This document shows, one piece after another, positions 29,151 through 39,737 of a stretch of DNA of 64,000 nucleotides; position 1 is the first letter of the stretch, and each line of letters begins with the position of its first letter. The notes beneath the pieces were generated by a model. That model was not told where the DNA came from and ran no database searches. It was given only the letters and a program-made list of their open reading frames with translations. The stretch comes from Alphaproteobacteria bacterium (GTDB lineage: Bacteria; Pseudomonadota; Alphaproteobacteria; SP197). A program made the translations under genes and the position numbers. Location of the stretch: the NCBI GenBank assembly GCA_965228895.1, contig OZ245842.1:320001-384000 (forward strand), in the 5' to 3' direction.

Positions 29151-29999
29151 CTACGAATGTCCGATCAGCAAGCGATGTAAGCGGATGAGCCTTGACATGA
29201 CATAGAGCGCCAGCGCGACAGCGGCCAACATCACAGTCGCCAGTGCCGCGGGCATGCCCCACCTTGCAGCTTGCAGGACTTGCAAACTGATGTACTCGGC
29301 AACCATGACGGTCTTCCCGCCGCCCAAGAGCGCCGGTGTGATGAAGAAGCCGAGCGAAACAATAAAGACTATGACCGAGGCGCCCACGACGCCGGGAATT
29401 GACTGTGGCAAATAGACGAACAGAAAGGCTTGCCACGGACGTGCACCAAGGCTCTTTGCGGCCTGCACAAGATGTCGATCGATAGCGCTGAAGTTTCCGA
29501 TCATCAACAGGATTGCAGCCGGCATAAGCAGGTGAACCATGCCGATAAAGACGCCAAACTCGTTGCGCATCATGCGAATGGGGCTGTCGATCAGGCCGAA
29601 TTCCAATAGCCAGAGGTTCACAACACCATTACTTCTCAGCAACATGATCCACGCGAATGCTCGAATCACGGCTGATAGCCAGAAAGACAGCAGAACGCTC
29701 AGCAGGAGCCACTGTAGTACACGTCCGCGCTCGTGAACCATGACGTAGGCCACGACGTATGATGCGATGATGGTCAATGCCGTCGTCACTACGCTGATTC
29801 GGGCCGTAGTTAGGAGCAACTGATGGACTCCGCTGTCGGTCAACAGTCTCGCATAGTTGCCCAGACTGAGATCGGGCTCGGTCACACTGGTGACGGCGAC
29901 GCTAACCAACGGCCAGCCGACAAACACCGCAAGAAACACGACCATGGGCGCGGTGAGCAGCAGATAAGCCCGGCCCTGATCGCTCGGTCTAAACCACAT
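29151..29999 (-). CDS. ABC transporter permease (PotB-like)
   Basis: QAAKSLGA EAA loop, TPALLGG. Confidence 0.88.
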   Translation of the reverse strand: MWFRPSDQGRAYLLLTAPMVVFLAVFVGWPLVSVAVTSVTEPDLSLGNYARLLTDSGVHQLLLTTARISVVTTALTIIASYVVAYVMVHERGRVLQWLLLSVLLSFWLSAVIRAFAWIMLLRSNGVVNLWLLEFGLIDSPIRMMRNEFGVFIGMVHLLMPAAILLMIGNFSAIDRHLVQAAKSLGARPWQAFLFVYLPQSIPGVVGASVIVFIVSLGFFITPALLGGGKTVMVAEYISLQVLQAARWGMPAALATVMLAAVALALYVMSRLIRLHRLLIGHS

Positions 30000-30032
30000 C
30001 GTTTCGGACTATGTCTTTCTGCAGCGGTTTGA

Positions 30033-31145
30033 CTATGCCACAACTCTTTCAAGAAACAGCCCGACGAGCATTTCTTCGTGCTCGGCGTAGTACGTGTCGT
30101 CCCAAAGAACTTGCCTAGAGAACCACTCGGGATTATGCGGATCGTAACTTTGACCTGCTGGGCTCAGACGATCGAATACCTGAGGGTTGCCTGGGCCGAT
30201 CTTGGCGTCCTCACAAACGGCGATTTGAACGTCGGCTTCCATGGTCCAGTCAATAAATCGCATCGCCATCTCTGTGCCCCACGGAGCGCCCTTTGGCACT
30301 ATCCAGGATGCGGCACCCATCAAACCTTGATTCCAGCTCCAGCTTGTCCGGCCGTCGGTCTCTTCTGCAGCATTGGCCGCGCGTGATGCAAATGTCGCTG
30401 CCATCGCGACTTCGCCATCACGCAACATGGCGTGACCTTCGGCGATACTGTTGAAATAGATTGATTGATCCTTGATCGTCAGGAACTTCGCAATTGCACG
30501 CTCCGTATCCAGCGGATAAAGCTCCTCCGGTGGGACCCCATCGGCGAGCAACGCCGCTTCCCAGGCGTACCCATACTTCCAGATCGCTCGCATACCGGGA
30601 AACTTCTCCACATTGAAGAAGTCGGCCCAAGAATTCGGTGTGGTCTCAACGTAGCGCGAAGCGTCATACGCCATTACAACACTGTACCAGCCCCAACATG
30701 CGCCGTAGTCCAGTGCGCCATCAGGATAGATATTGCTCTTGTCGACGACACTGTAGTCGATCGGCTCCAGCAAGTCGGCGGATGACAACGAGATTGAAGT
30801 GTAGCTGTTCGAGTCAACGACATCCCAGATCACTTGATCTTCCTCGACCATGGCGCGCAATCGGCCTGGCAATGGGCCGGAGTTATCGACCGCCGTGCTA
30901 ACGCCGTTATCGATCCCGAATGGCTCGACCTGGAACTTTTGCTGTGCTTCGGCTGTCGTGCCTCCCCATAACGCAACGACAAAGTCATCGTCGGCGCGGG
31001 TCGGCACGATCGTTGGCCCAACGAGCAGCGGCGCGATACCGGCTGCGCCGGCCAGCCTGAAAAAGTGGCGCCGGTCGATACGACCAGCACGCAGCTCCCT
31101 GCTCAAGAATGCTCTCCACTGGCGCTCGAATGACATAGCCTTCAT
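30033..31145 (-). CDS. ABC transporter substrate-binding protein (PotD/SBP_bac_8 type), Tat signal
   Basis: DRRHFF twin-arginine motif, WGG, WDVV, ALLADGV; GGAGG RBS. Confidence 0.88.
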   Translation of the reverse strand: MKAMSFERQWRAFLSRELRAGRIDRRHFFRLAGAAGIAPLLVGPTIVPTRADDDFVVALWGGTTAEAQQKFQVEPFGIDNGVSTAVDNSGPLPGRLRAMVEEDQVIWDVVDSNSYTSISLSSADLLEPIDYSVVDKSNIYPDGALDYGACWGWYSVVMAYDASRYVETTPNSWADFFNVEKFPGMRAIWKYGYAWEAALLADGVPPEELYPLDTERAIAKFLTIKDQSIYFNSIAEGHAMLRDGEVAMAATFASRAANAAEETDGRTSWSWNQGLMGAASWIVPKGAPWGTEMAMRFIDWTMEADVQIAVCEDAKIGPGNPQVFDRLSPAGQSYDPHNPEWFSRQVLWDDTYYAEHEEMLVGLFLERVVA

Positions 31146-31416
31146 GTGAGTTTCCTCCCAATTGCCCCGCGGTCCATTTGGCGACGTTCTCTTGCTTCGC
31201 CCAAACGACCGATGTGATCCGTTTTGTTGTGGCACAACCTCCGACATGCACCATCACAGGCTTTCCATGTCGACAAAATGAACTAGTTACAATAATGAAA
31301 TTGATTTTATTTTCAAGTCAAGAAGTAGCCTTGCAGCTTGACAATCGGAAGTGTGGTGGCCGTGATGATGTGTCATCAAGGCGCAGTTACCTTCGGTGCG
31401 GCGTTCATGAGGTCTC

Positions 31417-32061
31417 ATGCAGAAGTCGAGACGGACTCCAATCCAGCAGCGCGGGCGTCGCACGGTTGATCAGATTCTCGATGCAACCGAATCGCTCATG
31501 GCGACAACTCGGCTTGACGCGATCTCGACAAACTTGATTGCCGAGCACGTTGGTCTTCCGATCGGCACGATCTATCACTACTTTTCGAACAAACATGAAG
31601 TGTTCTACGCCCTCGCTGAGCGTGCCTTTGAGGAGTATGTGCAGCTGCTCGAGGATGCATCCCGCCCAGTCGATCTCAAGCGACCGCTGCCGTCGTACTA
31701 CGGACGCCTAATTGACGAGTTGGCAATCTGGTGGGTGCACAAAAAGGACTTCATGGTGTTGTGGCGGTTGATTGACCAACCTTCGGAGATGCGCGATGCG
31801 TCGCGTGCTCACGCCCGGCAGATTGCTGAGCGTATGGGCCGCTGGATCTCGTTTCACCACCCATCCGTACCTCGTGGCACAGTTTTGACGATGGGGCGTA
31901 TCATACATTTGGCGATTGCATCGGCGCTCGACACATTGTTTTTTGAGCCACCTGCTGCACGCAAAGCAATTCTTCGCGAGCTTAAAGCAATGATCGTCGG
32001 CTATCTCACCTGTTCTTTGGCTGACGTATCACGTAAGGACGATCCGAGCCGGACTCGTTGA
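31417..32061 (+). CDS. TetR/AcrR family regulator
   Basis: PIQQRGRRTVDQILDA...GTIYHYFSNK. Confidence 0.9.
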   Translation: MQKSRRTPIQQRGRRTVDQILDATESLMATTRLDAISTNLIAEHVGLPIGTIYHYFSNKHEVFYALAERAFEEYVQLLEDASRPVDLKRPLPSYYGRLIDELAIWWVHKKDFMVLWRLIDQPSEMRDASRAHARQIAERMGRWISFHHPSVPRGTVLTMGRIIHLAIASALDTLFFEPPAARKAILRELKAMIVGYLTCSLADVSRKDDPSRTR

Positions 32062-32085
32062 TCGAGGGGCGCATCTTTTGCGCCG

Positions 32086-33279
32086 TCATCGTGCCCGTAG
32101 CTCGGCTCCCGTCGCCTCGACAACCATTTTCTGAAAGTGATGTACCGCACCTTCCCAGTAGGGTGAGAATCGCGGTCCAATACCCAGCTCGTCGCGTAGG
32201 ACATTGTTTGCCTGAACACCATGAATGAATTTTAGGTCCTGGCTCGCGACAAAGACGAGACCGTCGACAAGTTCGCGCCGCGCAGTCTCCAGGTCCGACG
32301 TCATGGCCTCTTCACCGCAGAAATAGTGGTGAAATCCAAGAAAGGTCTTGTCGGGCCCATCTGGAGAAAAGACCGTCATAACCACATGGTCGGGCTTCAC
32401 GACCATGATCGCGGTTGGGAAGATATTGATGATATCGATAAAGCTACCTCCCGACTCGCCATTACCTGCCCTGCGCGGTAAACCCGGCATTTGCCCTTTG
32501 ATGGACGGCGCTTCGACGTCGTCAACGTCAATGTCGAGCGTATTGCGTGTCGCCGCAAAACAGTTCGCATGGGTCGAGATTTCTACGCTTTGCCCATTGA
32601 CGCCAACCATCAGTTCGGGATGGCCGAATGGGAGATGATAGTCTTCCATAGCACCCTCGATGGACACCTTCCAATTCCCTGGGTAGCTGCCTTGCCACAT
32701 GCCGCCATGGCGAAGATTGGTCATGTCATAGTCGTGAAGATAGCTCTCGACAGGCGAGATATGATCCTCGAACGCCGGCGCCCTACCATCAAGATTCACA
32801 AAAATGTAGTCGAGCCAGTGTGCCGAGCGTACCTCTACCAGTGATAGATCTTCTCTGCGAATTCCCTTGGAGGTACCAACTTTCGGCCCGCCAATGTTTG
32901 GGGTGGTCACGAGTCTGCCATCGAGATCATAGGTCCATCCGTGCCAAGGGCAGTGGATCTTTCCACTGCTCTTACACGGCTCGCTAACGAGTTTGGTGCA
33001 GCGATGGCGGCAGACGTTGTGGAACACCTTGATGGATCCATTCTTCGTACGCGAAACGAGTAGAGGCCGACCGGCGAGGTCGACCGGCAACATATCTCCG
33101 GGATCGGGAACTTGAGCGCCAACACCGATCGCGCACCAGCTCCGGGGAAACAAATCCCGCTGCTCGAGCGAATAGAACTCCGCACCATAGGCACGGCCGG
33201 GCAATCCAACTGCCGATTCGATCGGTTGGAAAAGGACGTTGAGATCCTCGCTGCTCAGAAAATCGTTGAGACAGACCAT
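32086..33279 (-). CDS. Rieske non-heme iron oxygenase alpha subunit (choline monooxygenase/CntA-like group)
   Basis: CRH...CPWH Rieske motif; NWK...EDYH...H iron site. Confidence 0.88.
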   Translation of the reverse strand: MVCLNDFLSSEDLNVLFQPIESAVGLPGRAYGAEFYSLEQRDLFPRSWCAIGVGAQVPDPGDMLPVDLAGRPLLVSRTKNGSIKVFHNVCRHRCTKLVSEPCKSSGKIHCPWHGWTYDLDGRLVTTPNIGGPKVGTSKGIRREDLSLVEVRSAHWLDYIFVNLDGRAPAFEDHISPVESYLHDYDMTNLRHGGMWQGSYPGNWKVSIEGAMEDYHLPFGHPELMVGVNGQSVEISTHANCFAATRNTLDIDVDDVEAPSIKGQMPGLPRRAGNGESGGSFIDIINIFPTAIMVVKPDHVVMTVFSPDGPDKTFLGFHHYFCGEEAMTSDLETARRELVDGLVFVASQDLKFIHGVQANNVLRDELGIGPRFSPYWEGAVHHFQKMVVEATGAELRAR

Positions 33280-33394
33280 CGGAGTTCCTTTCAAAGAGCT
33301 GGAATTGATAGAAACCGAGTAACAGCTCGATATTCGATCTTTGTTTTTGAATTGTCAAATCGATACCGTGAGACCGAATGCAATGGCACGCGGA

Positions 33395-33900
33395 CTAGGT
33401 CGGGGACTCATAGACACCGAGCCTTAGGCCGATGGAGTGAGTCTGGCGAATGCGAGATATCGGGCGACAAGCTTGTCGTGCCGGTTGGCAACGCGGTGAC
33501 ACGACTTGATCTTGTTGAAGAACCGTTCAATCAGGCTGCAATCCCTGCAACAGCTAGAAACTGAAGCGTACTGGGATCTTTCGGTTGCGTCCTGGCGGGA
33601 TATTGGCCCATGCGCGCCTTTGGGCGACAAAGGCCCTGATCCAGTGCACGTCGCAGACGCCAGCGTACCGCCAGCGAACGAAGAGAGTGCAGCAGGTAGC
33701 GTCAGGATCGAACTGATGGGCAAATCGCGCCATGGTGCACCGGATCGTAGAGCCCGGAAGATGCCGTTGAGAACACGCCGGTCATCGACGCGAGGCGAGC
33801 CACGCGGCTTGTTAGGCAAGGTGTATTGGAGGAACGCCCAATCTCGATTTGTCGGGGGCATAGCGCGTGGATCGGGCTCCCTTTTTATGAAGCTTGAATC
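33395..33900 (-). mobile_element. IS5-family (IS427-like) transposase remnant
   Basis: PRVDDRRVLNGI...GAPWRDLP, IERFFNKIK...NRHDK; internal deletion; ATGAGTCCCCGACCTAG end. Confidence 0.75.
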
Positions 33901-34038
33901 ACGCGAGCGTCAATTGCCGCAAGCCACAAGTCGATGTTGCGAAGACACCACGAAGCGGACTCAGTGGCAGTCCAGATGGATGCTGCAATTTTATACCCAA
34001 GCAAACAATGCCGGAAATGACTCCCGCCGCGCCTTGTC

Positions 34039-34896
34039 TCAATCATTGCGAAGGCGCTCCGGATAGCGTCCAAAATACTCCTCCAGCGTGTAGGGACGGC
34101 GTCCGGTCGTGCGCTCCACGGTGTCGCTGACCTCCGCGACCTCGCCTTTTGCGATCGCCAGGTAGGAACCGATCCAGGCGTCGATTTGGTAGGGTTTCGC
34201 ACCCATGGCGACAAACCGTTCTCGGGCCTTGCCCGAGCTCTCTTCCACATATCGGAAAGTGCGATCAGATATCGCTGAAAGACGGGCGCATGCTGCGGCC
34301 AGTCCGACAGCCTCGGGTCCGGTCACATCGAGGGTCTGGTTCTCGTGGCGTCCTTCCGCCAAGATCGTGGCTACCGTCTGCGCCACGTCCTCGCGTGAGA
34401 CCCATGCGACCTTTCCGTCGCCAGCATGTCCACGAATCTCGCCGTCATTCCCGGCCATGCCGATCAGCAGGTCCTGATAGAAGCTGTCGCGCAGCAGAGT
34501 GTAGCGCAGACCGGAGGCCCTCAGATGTTCTTCGGTCTGCCAATGGTCCACGGAATAGGGAAAGGCCGAGTCCGGGGACGCGCCCTGGAACGAGAGATAC
34601 ACAATTGCCTGGACTCCGACTTCCCGTGCTGCATCGATCGCGTTCATGTGCAATCGCGCCCGTTCGCCGACAGCACCATAGACGGAGGCGATGAATGCGG
34701 TATGGCAGCCCTCCATCGCGGTGCGCAGCGTGTCCGGCCGGCCATAGTCGGCCTGAACCACTTCCGCGCTTGCAAGGGGCGGCACCCGATCGGGCGAACG
34801 TGCAGCGAGTCTGAGATCCGCCTCGCGCTCGGCCATCAGGTCTGCCACCCTCCGGCCGATATGTCCGGTTGCTCCTGTGACGAGGATCATGCGCAT
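34039..34896 (-). CDS. NmrA-like NAD(P)H-binding SDR oxidoreductase (QorB/YtfG-like)
   Basis: VTGATGHIG, atypical SDR layout. Confidence 0.88.
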   Translation of the reverse strand: MRMILVTGATGHIGRRVADLMAEREADLRLAARSPDRVPPLASAEVVQADYGRPDTLRTAMEGCHTAFIASVYGAVGERARLHMNAIDAAREVGVQAIVYLSFQGASPDSAFPYSVDHWQTEEHLRASGLRYTLLRDSFYQDLLIGMAGNDGEIRGHAGDGKVAWVSREDVAQTVATILAEGRHENQTLDVTGPEAVGLAAACARLSAISDRTFRYVEESSGKARERFVAMGAKPYQIDAWIGSYLAIAKGEVAEVSDTVERTTGRRPYTLEEYFGRYPERLRND

Positions 34897-34922
34897 CTCC
34901 TATCTTCTTTCCACACTGTCTA

Positions 34923-34945
34923 TATGTTACCATCATAGTTACATA
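34923..34945. promoter_or_regulatory. Probable Rrf2 operator between divergent genes
   Basis: Near-palindrome TATGTTAC-N7-GTTACATA. Confidence 0.55.
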
Positions 34946-34958
34946 TTGGAGAAGGCCA

Positions 34959-35381
34959 ATCAACACCCGCTTTTCCGTCAGCGTGCACATTCTCACATTT
35001 CTTGCGACGCTCGAGGGTCAGCCCGCCTCGTCGGATCTAATCGCATCCAGTGTCGGGACCAATCCCGCCCTGATCCGGCGGCTCTTGGCAGCCTTGACCA
35101 AGGCCGGCCTGACGAAATCACAGATGGGGGCAGGCGGGGGCGCTTATCTTGCGCGCCCGCCAGAAACCATCACGTTGAAAGATATCTTTGACACGACGCA
35201 GTCCCTGAACGCTCTCATCCCGCTGCATTCCGGACCCAATCCGGCCTGCCCGGTCGGCCGCAATATCTCAGCCGTGTTGAGCGATGAAACCGAAGCGGCG
35301 CGAGACGCTCTGGTTGCGCGCCTTGCCAAGACAAGCATCGCAGATCTCGCCGGGCGGATCGGTCAAGCAAACTCGGCTTGA
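34959..35381 (+). CDS. Rrf2 family regulator (apparent ATC start)
   Basis: (I)NTRFSVSVHIL, SVGTNPALIRR, GAGGG, CPVG; GGAGAAGG before ATC 34959. Confidence 0.85.
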   Translation: MNTRFSVSVHILTFLATLEGQPASSDLIASSVGTNPALIRRLLAALTKAGLTKSQMGAGGGAYLARPPETITLKDIFDTTQSLNALIPLHSGPNPACPVGRNISAVLSDETEAARDALVARLAKTSIADLAGRIGQANSA

Positions 35382-35852
35382 AGGCCTATTGGCCAGGCGA
35401 GGATCATCCCTTGGCAAATCTGAGACCCGTATAGCCGCTCCTGCTAAGTCGACGACGCAACCAGGTGCAGTAGCCCGCTGGATCAGCCTCTCGGCTGACG
35501 AAAAAACGCCCTACTTCTGGTCGGGAAAGCCATCTCGATGTTGTGTCGTCGGCAGCCGCGCCTACCCAGAATTGTAGCCAGCGCTGTATCGATGTTTGCC
35601 CTTAAGTAACGATGTCTGGTCTTACACATGGCTGACGTCTGGTCCCATCAGTTGCTGCATAAATCTTTGCATCAAGTTTTGTAGATATGTATTTTATTGC
35701 CAACTATGTATGCATTTTCGTGCTAGCCGACTCCGGTCGAACCTTGGCACGTCGCAGTTGATCTCTTGAAAATTTCGGTAACGCGCGGCGGCCGACACGG
35801 TTAGCGGTGGGGCACTTGTACAAAAAGTGGAAGAGCAAAAGGGGGAAGATCC

Positions 35853-36809
35853 ATGAAACGGACAAGTTTCGTTGCCGGTGTGGCGATGTTGGCTGTCATG
35901 TCCACTGGTCCGGCTATAGCTGCTGATGTTGTCATTGGTGTGCCCAACTGGCCGACGGTCAATGCGACGGCCCACATCCTCAAACACGTCATTGAGGACA
36001 ATCTCGGATTGGAGGTCGAGCTACAGAATGGTGCGAACCCGATCATCTTTGAGGGTATGGACAAAGGGGCCATTCATGTACACCCCGAAGTCTGGCTTCC
36101 GAACCAGCAGAACCTCTACGAAGAGTATGTGACCGAGCGCGGGACCGTCGTTGGAACTGACAACGTCGTGCCCGCCGTTCAGGGCATATGTGTGCCGGAA
36201 GCGTTCGCCGCGGCGCACGATTTGAATGCGGTCGAGGACATCACGAACCCCGACATCTCGCCGCTGTTTGATTCCAATGGCGATGGCCGTGGCGAGTTCT
36301 GGATCGGTGCACCCGGCTGGGCGTCGACGAATATCGAACGTGTCCGGGCGAAGTCCTATGGTTATGATCAGGTCTTTGATCTGTCTGAGATTGACGAGAC
36401 GCTTGCCTATGCGGATCTTGGTCAGGCCGTTAGTGCCGGGGAGGGGTGGATCGGATTCTGTTATTCCCCGCACTATGTGCTGACACTCTACGATATCCGT
36501 ATGCTCGAAGAGCCGGAGCACGACCCGTCTAAGTGGACCATCGTTCAACCAACTGACGATTCGAACTGGCTAGAAAACTCAGAGGCCGGGGTGGCTTGGC
36601 CAGAGGCCTACGCAAGTCTGTACTATGCCAAGGCCATCGGTGAAGAGTACCCCGACGTCAAGGCGCTTCTCGACAATGTCGATCTGACAGCTCAGGATTT
36701 GAGCGATATGGCCTACGCGCTCGTTATTGAAAACGAAGATCCTGAAGAATTTGCCGAGAAGTGGACCTCAGAGAACGATGATCGTGTGCTCGGGTGGCTT
36801 GGAAACTGA
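35853..36809 (+). CDS. Glycine betaine/proline-type ABC substrate-binding protein (ProX-like), orphan
   Basis: Signal peptide, PEVWLPNQ, GAPGW, YSPH; no cognate permease adjacent. Confidence 0.85.
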   Translation: MKRTSFVAGVAMLAVMSTGPAIAADVVIGVPNWPTVNATAHILKHVIEDNLGLEVELQNGANPIIFEGMDKGAIHVHPEVWLPNQQNLYEEYVTERGTVVGTDNVVPAVQGICVPEAFAAAHDLNAVEDITNPDISPLFDSNGDGRGEFWIGAPGWASTNIERVRAKSYGYDQVFDLSEIDETLAYADLGQAVSAGEGWIGFCYSPHYVLTLYDIRMLEEPEHDPSKWTIVQPTDDSNWLENSEAGVAWPEAYASLYYAKAIGEEYPDVKALLDNVDLTAQDLSDMAYALVIENEDPEEFAEKWTSENDDRVLGWLGN

Positions 36810-37174
36810 TGGGTTCAACAACGGTTTCGAGGCAAGTGTTGGTGTCCGGTTTCGTTTGAGTTCGCTCGCACACCAGAATCATCCTCTTTGGCCGTAACCT
36901 GATCGTGCAGCGAAAGTCACACAAGTCAGGTGAAGAGCTAGTTCATATTGAAGGCCGCCTCGCGGGGCCGGCCGGCATTAGCGACGGTGCGAATAAGGTG
37001 TGCCGAATGAGGGCCGCAGTGAGTCATAGATGTGCTCCTCTAGTTCAAGGCGCGCTTGCTTGACCAAACCGGCGGGCGCACTCGCAGAGGGTGGAATGAC
37101 TCGCGCAAAACTGCACAGGAGGCGAGTTTACGTTGTGCAACAACGGCTGAGGAAGTTCTCTATTCGATATCGAA

Positions 37175-38098
37175 TCACCGCTCTCCGAGGAAGCCGCGTT
37201 CATGAATCAACGTGACGAGTTCGTCAACGGAGGTCTGCAGAGACTTGTTGACGGTACTCAGTTGTGCGGCCGCGCGTTCGTAAAGCGCCTCCCGGCTCTT
37301 CAGGATCGACTTGAGTTGACTCATTGCCTCAGGGTTGCCCGACATCGGCCGCGTATCGCCCTGGGCAAGCACTCGTGCCATGTGTTCGTCTGGGCTAGCC
37401 TTGATCCAAATGGTATGGAAGTTCGCCAAAAGTGTCCGGTAGGTGTCCGGCTCTGATACGATACCACCGGCAACAGCGAGGATGAGGCAATCGTGCGTAG
37501 CAATGACCCGGCCAACTTCCTGTGCTTCAAGCGTTCGAAATCCCTCCTGTCCGTAAAACGCGATTACCTCGGAAATGGGCATTCCGGAGTGTTCCTCGAT
37601 CTCACGGTTCAGTTCGACGAAGGGAACGTCCAGTATCTGTCCGGCCATCGCACCCAAAGTCGATTTGCCGGCCCCGCGAAGTCCAATGAGGCAAACGCGA
37701 TGGGCGCGGAGGCGTTCTGGCGGTAGGGGACTAAGGATCTCCATCGCCCTTTGCCGTGTTTCAGTGGTCGAAGAGCGAAAGAGGTCTGCTGCGCGAACGA
37801 CTTCTGACGTCCAGGGATCGTCTTCGCCGACGAACCATTCGATTCTAAGGTCGAGTGCAATGGCGACGCGCTGCAGAAGACCGATCGAAATGTTCCCCTT
37901 GCCAGCTTCGAGTTGCGCAAGATACCGCGGCGACACACCGGAGATTTCTGACACTACGCGACGCGGCATGCCCTTTAGTTCGCGCGCTTTTCGAACCCTC
38001 TCACCGACGCGTGAAATCAACGCTCGGACTTCCGTCTCTACATCATCTTCTGGTCTGGAGACGGTTGCCTCGCCTCGAAAACTCGCAACCTCGGTCAT
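37175..38098 (-). CDS. boxR: BoxR/BzdR-type regulator (XRE HTH + shikimate-kinase-like domain)
   Basis: SPRYLAQLEAGKGNIS HTH; GLRGAGKS; adjacent to boxABC. Confidence 0.88.
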   Translation of the reverse strand: MTEVASFRGEATVSRPEDDVETEVRALISRVGERVRKARELKGMPRRVVSEISGVSPRYLAQLEAGKGNISIGLLQRVAIALDLRIEWFVGEDDPWTSEVVRAADLFRSSTTETRQRAMEILSPLPPERLRAHRVCLIGLRGAGKSTLGAMAGQILDVPFVELNREIEEHSGMPISEVIAFYGQEGFRTLEAQEVGRVIATHDCLILAVAGGIVSEPDTYRTLLANFHTIWIKASPDEHMARVLAQGDTRPMSGNPEAMSQLKSILKSREALYERAAAQLSTVNKSLQTSVDELVTLIHERGFLGER

Positions 38099-38110
38099 TT
38101 GTGAACCTTG

Positions 38111-38126
38111 ATGAAATATATTGCAG
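38111..38126. promoter_or_regulatory. Putative BoxR operator
   Basis: ATGAAATATATTGCAG, TGCA-N6-TGCA-like; similar boxes at 42911 and 46359. Confidence 0.4.
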
Positions 38127-38406
38127 ATACTTAGAATATGGGTCGAATTTTGCAATGTTTTTCGGCCAATGTGCCGAAGTGATCATCAGGCTCTTATCCT
38201 GCAGAAACCAGCCGAGCTGTTACGAGCTCGCGTAGATGTCTGAGAATGGAAGGCCCGGTGAGGCAGGTGAACTCAACGACAACAAAGGCAGAGTTGCATT
38301 GGTTCAGTGATAACGGAATGGGCGGGCCATCCGAGTCAGAGACTGCAAGCATTCATTGCGACGTTGCAATTTCCTTCAGCGACTCTCACCTGACATTCTA
38401 ACACCA

Positions 38407-39594
38407 CTAGTACGTCTCAACGTGGTAGCGACCATCCTCACGCATGACATCTCGGTTGGCTGCCCAAGAAATGCCCATGCCTTCCGTGATGTTCGCAAAA
38501 GCACTCTCGACACCTTCCTCCATTTCCCGAAGGCCACAAACGTAGATATGCGTCTTCGGATCGGCGAGCATCTCAGCGATGGCGTCTTGCTCCAACATCA
38601 TACGATCCTGGACGTATTCCTTCTGTGCGCCGGGTATTCGGCTGAACACAATGTTCTTCTTAAGAATGTCATCCGGGACTTTTTTCAGCGGGCGGAAGTA
38701 GGGTAGCTCGTCCGGAGTCCGCGCCCCGAAGAACAACACCATGTCGCCGGACGAATTGGCGGCTGTGCGCTGGCGACGCATAGTGAAGGCACGAAATGGC
38801 GCGGAGCCAGTGCCCGTACAGATCATTAGAAGCCTTGCCGACGGGTCGTCGGGCATCAGGAAAGTGGAACCGAACGGGCCGATGACCTGTACCTCGTCGC
38901 CCTCTACAAGATCGCAAAGATAGTTTGAGCAGACTCCGTCGGGTTCCCGCCCTACCGTGAGAGAAACATTGTTGTGGTTCGTGCGTTCGCCGTCGCGAGG
39001 GCTAGCTACCGAGTAAAGCCGGGGTAGGTGCGGTTTTCCCGTGGTATCGGAGCCCGGCGCAATGACGCCGACCGACTGGCCTTCCAGGACAGGGAAGGAC
39101 TGGTCGCCAAACTCGAGAATGATATGGCGAACATCCCTCTCCGATTCTTCCGACGTCAGTCGATAGATTCCCTGAACCTTCGCGGTCGCCGGCTTCGCCA
39201 GATTGTACAGGTTGACCGAAGGTTCGCTGGCTGTGGTTGGTGCCTTGCTCGTTCCACCGGCGCCCTTATGCGCGTTTTCCAGCATCTCGGCCATCGCTTC
39301 GTCGAGCGCCCGAATGCCACCGTTGCCGCTGTCCTTGAGTTCCGCCTGAGCTGGAAGTTCACCCCAGGAATACTGTTCCTCGAGAGAGTAAGGCACCATG
39401 ACCGTGCGCCATTCGTCGATTGATCCTGTTGGGCAAACGGGAATGCAGCTCATGCAGAAGTTACACACTGATTGATCGATTACGACGTTGTCTTCGTTGT
39501 GTTGGATGGCCTGGATTGGGCAGGTCATCTCGCACGTGTAGCACCTTATGCAAACTTCTGGGTCAATCAGGTGCTGTTTCAGAAGCTTGCTCAT
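38407..39594 (-). CDS. boxA: Benzoyl-CoA 2,3-epoxidase reductase subunit
   Basis: KQHLIDPEVCIRC, two 4Fe-4S motifs, RLYSVAS, CTGTG, YHVETY. Confidence 0.93.
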   Translation of the reverse strand: MSKLLKQHLIDPEVCIRCYTCEMTCPIQAIQHNEDNVVIDQSVCNFCMSCIPVCPTGSIDEWRTVMVPYSLEEQYSWGELPAQAELKDSGNGGIRALDEAMAEMLENAHKGAGGTSKAPTTASEPSVNLYNLAKPATAKVQGIYRLTSEESERDVRHIILEFGDQSFPVLEGQSVGVIAPGSDTTGKPHLPRLYSVASPRDGERTNHNNVSLTVGREPDGVCSNYLCDLVEGDEVQVIGPFGSTFLMPDDPSARLLMICTGTGSAPFRAFTMRRQRTAANSSGDMVLFFGARTPDELPYFRPLKKVPDDILKKNIVFSRIPGAQKEYVQDRMMLEQDAIAEMLADPKTHIYVCGLREMEEGVESAFANITEGMGISWAANRDVMREDGRYHVETY

Positions 39595-39737
39595 GGAGTT
39601 CCTCCCGTGCATGTCGCAGTGTTCGACAAGAATCTAACGTCCCGACGCATCGTGTTGAAGGACGGTGGCCATCGACTTTTTCGGGGCTACGTATGCTGCG
39701 TCGGTCCGCCATTACTTTCGTGCCAGCTCAAGGGCGC

